A DNA stretch of 64,000 nucleotides. Origin: Blastocladiella emersonii ATCC 22665. Its lineage: Eukaryota; Fungi; Blastocladiomycota. The notes below the pieces were generated by a model. The model was not told the origin of the DNA. It was given only the letters and a program-made list of their open reading frames with translations, and searched no databases. This document shows positions 63,133 to 64,000 of this stretch, one piece after another; position 1 is the first letter of the stretch, and every line of letters begins with the position of its first letter. The stretch spans positions 2,542,001 to 2,606,000 of the forward strand of contig JANHCV010000003.1 in the NCBI GenBank assembly GCA_025594325.1. The letters run 5' to 3'. Made by a program: the position numbers and the translations under genes.

Positions 63133-64000
63133 ATGTGCCGGACCGCACCCCGACGTCCGCCGATCTGGCTATGGACCATCCTCCTCGTGATCTTCTTCCA
63201 CCTCGCCGTCGCGGCGACCGTGACTGGCCAGTCCACTTCGCTGCCGCCCATCGTCTTTGGCGCCACGGGTGACTACAGCTCGCCGACGGCCAGCGTCTCC
63301 GAAACCTATCACGGCGGCATCAACGCTGCCTTCTTCGAGATCAACTCGGCCGGCGGGTATCTCGGCCGCAACCTCACGCTCGTCGTCAAAGATGACGGGT
63401 ACGTGCCCGCCCGCGCCGCCGCCAACACGCGCGCGCTCATGGCCGAGAACAACCTCACGGCGCTGCTCGCGGCTTACGTACGCCTCCGCTCGCGTCCGCT
63501 TCAAGCAGGACTTTTGGCTGACGTGACGATTTTGTGTAGGGAACGTACGAGCGCTCAGTGGCCCGACACATCCGAGGTTTGTAGACTGACTTACCCCGCC
63601 TTCTACATGCGTAGCGCGGCCGTGACAGCGTCGCTTCCCGTTGCGCAGAACGCGTCCATGCCGATCCTGTTTCCCTTCACGGGCTCGACGGCGCTGCGCG
63701 TCCCCTTCAACCCGTGGCTCGTGCACATGATCGGCTCGTACCCGGACGAGATGCAGGCCATGCTCGACTACGCGCTCGGCACGCTCATGCACAACCGCAT
63801 CGCCGTCGTATACCAGAACGACACCTTCGGCAAGCCGCCGGCCATGGACGCTGTGGCCGTCCTGACCCGGCTCGGCCTCCCGCCGCACTCGGTCAGCTCG
63901 GTTCAGGGCAACTCGGGCAACGTCACGGCGGCGCACGCGGCCATAGTCGGCCAGACGCGGTATCCGCAGTCGGTCCTGTTCTTTGGACTCGCGCTCGAGG
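63133..64000 (+). CDS. N-terminal part of a secreted or membrane receptor with a type-1 periplasmic-binding-protein (Venus flytrap, LivJ/Peripla_BP_6-like) domain; runs off the window
   Basis: Signal peptide (IWLWTILLVIFFHLAVAA), then GINAAFFEINSAGGYLGRNLTLVVKDDGYVPARA, PILFPFTGSTALR, RIAVVYQNDTFGK. Absent from the ORF track because there is no stop codon within the window. Confidence 0.85.
   Translation, partial: MCRTAPRRPPIWLWTILLVIFFHLAVAATVTGQSTSLPPIVFGATGDYSSPTASVSETYHGGINAAFFEINSAGGYLGRNLTLVVKDDGYVPARAAANTRALMAENNLTALLAAYVRLRSRPLQAGLLADVTILCRERTSAQWPDTSEVCRLTYPAFYMRSAAVTASLPVAQNASMPILFPFTGSTALRVPFNPWLVHMIGSYPDEMQAMLDYALGTLMHNRIAVVYQNDTFGKPPAMDAVAVLTRLGLPPHSVSSVQGNSGNVTAAHAAIVGQTRYPQSVLFFGLALE

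Noticed and set aside
1-64000. CRISPR arrays, rRNA, tRNA, bacterial operons
   Set aside because: None seen; the intron-containing gene structure shows the window is eukaryotic.

Overview
GC-rich, gene-dense eukaryotic DNA with short spliceosomal introns (58-85 nt; GTACG/GTGCG donors, CTGAC/CTAAC branch points, YAG acceptors). It is most consistent with an early-diverging zoosporic fungus (Blastocladiomycota-like; inference). Housekeeping genes include SET2, MSS4-type PIP5K, FAD synthetase, ethanolamine kinase, phosducin-like protein, CBM18-chitin deacetylase, and RMP1/NEPRO-like, HAUS4-like and Aven-like genes. The main finding is a physically clustered phosphorelay locus (30.6-57.8 kb): a YPD1-type HPt gene abuts five paralogous hybrid histidine-kinase genes (TM-CHASE-TM-PAS-HisKA-HATPase-like-REC). 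All five keep the phospho-His box but lack the ATP-binding N/G1/G2 boxes, so they are predicted pseudokinase receptors. One copy lacks the receiver, and one lacks the sensor and carries a duplicated HATPase-like domain. Other notable items: a bacterial/haloarchaeal-type Brp/Blh beta-carotene dioxygenase; a low-GC tandem triplet of F-box-like/ankyrin-like/LRR genes with a 329-bp identical block and a shared 23-bp upstream motif; a plant At4g15545-like gene; and a receptor with a bacterial-type periplasmic-binding domain and a probable 5-nt micro-exon. Most long ORFs in the supplied track are GC-rich shadow frames. No rRNA, tRNA, CRISPR or transposase was recognised. All family assignments come from motif recognition by eye, not database searches.
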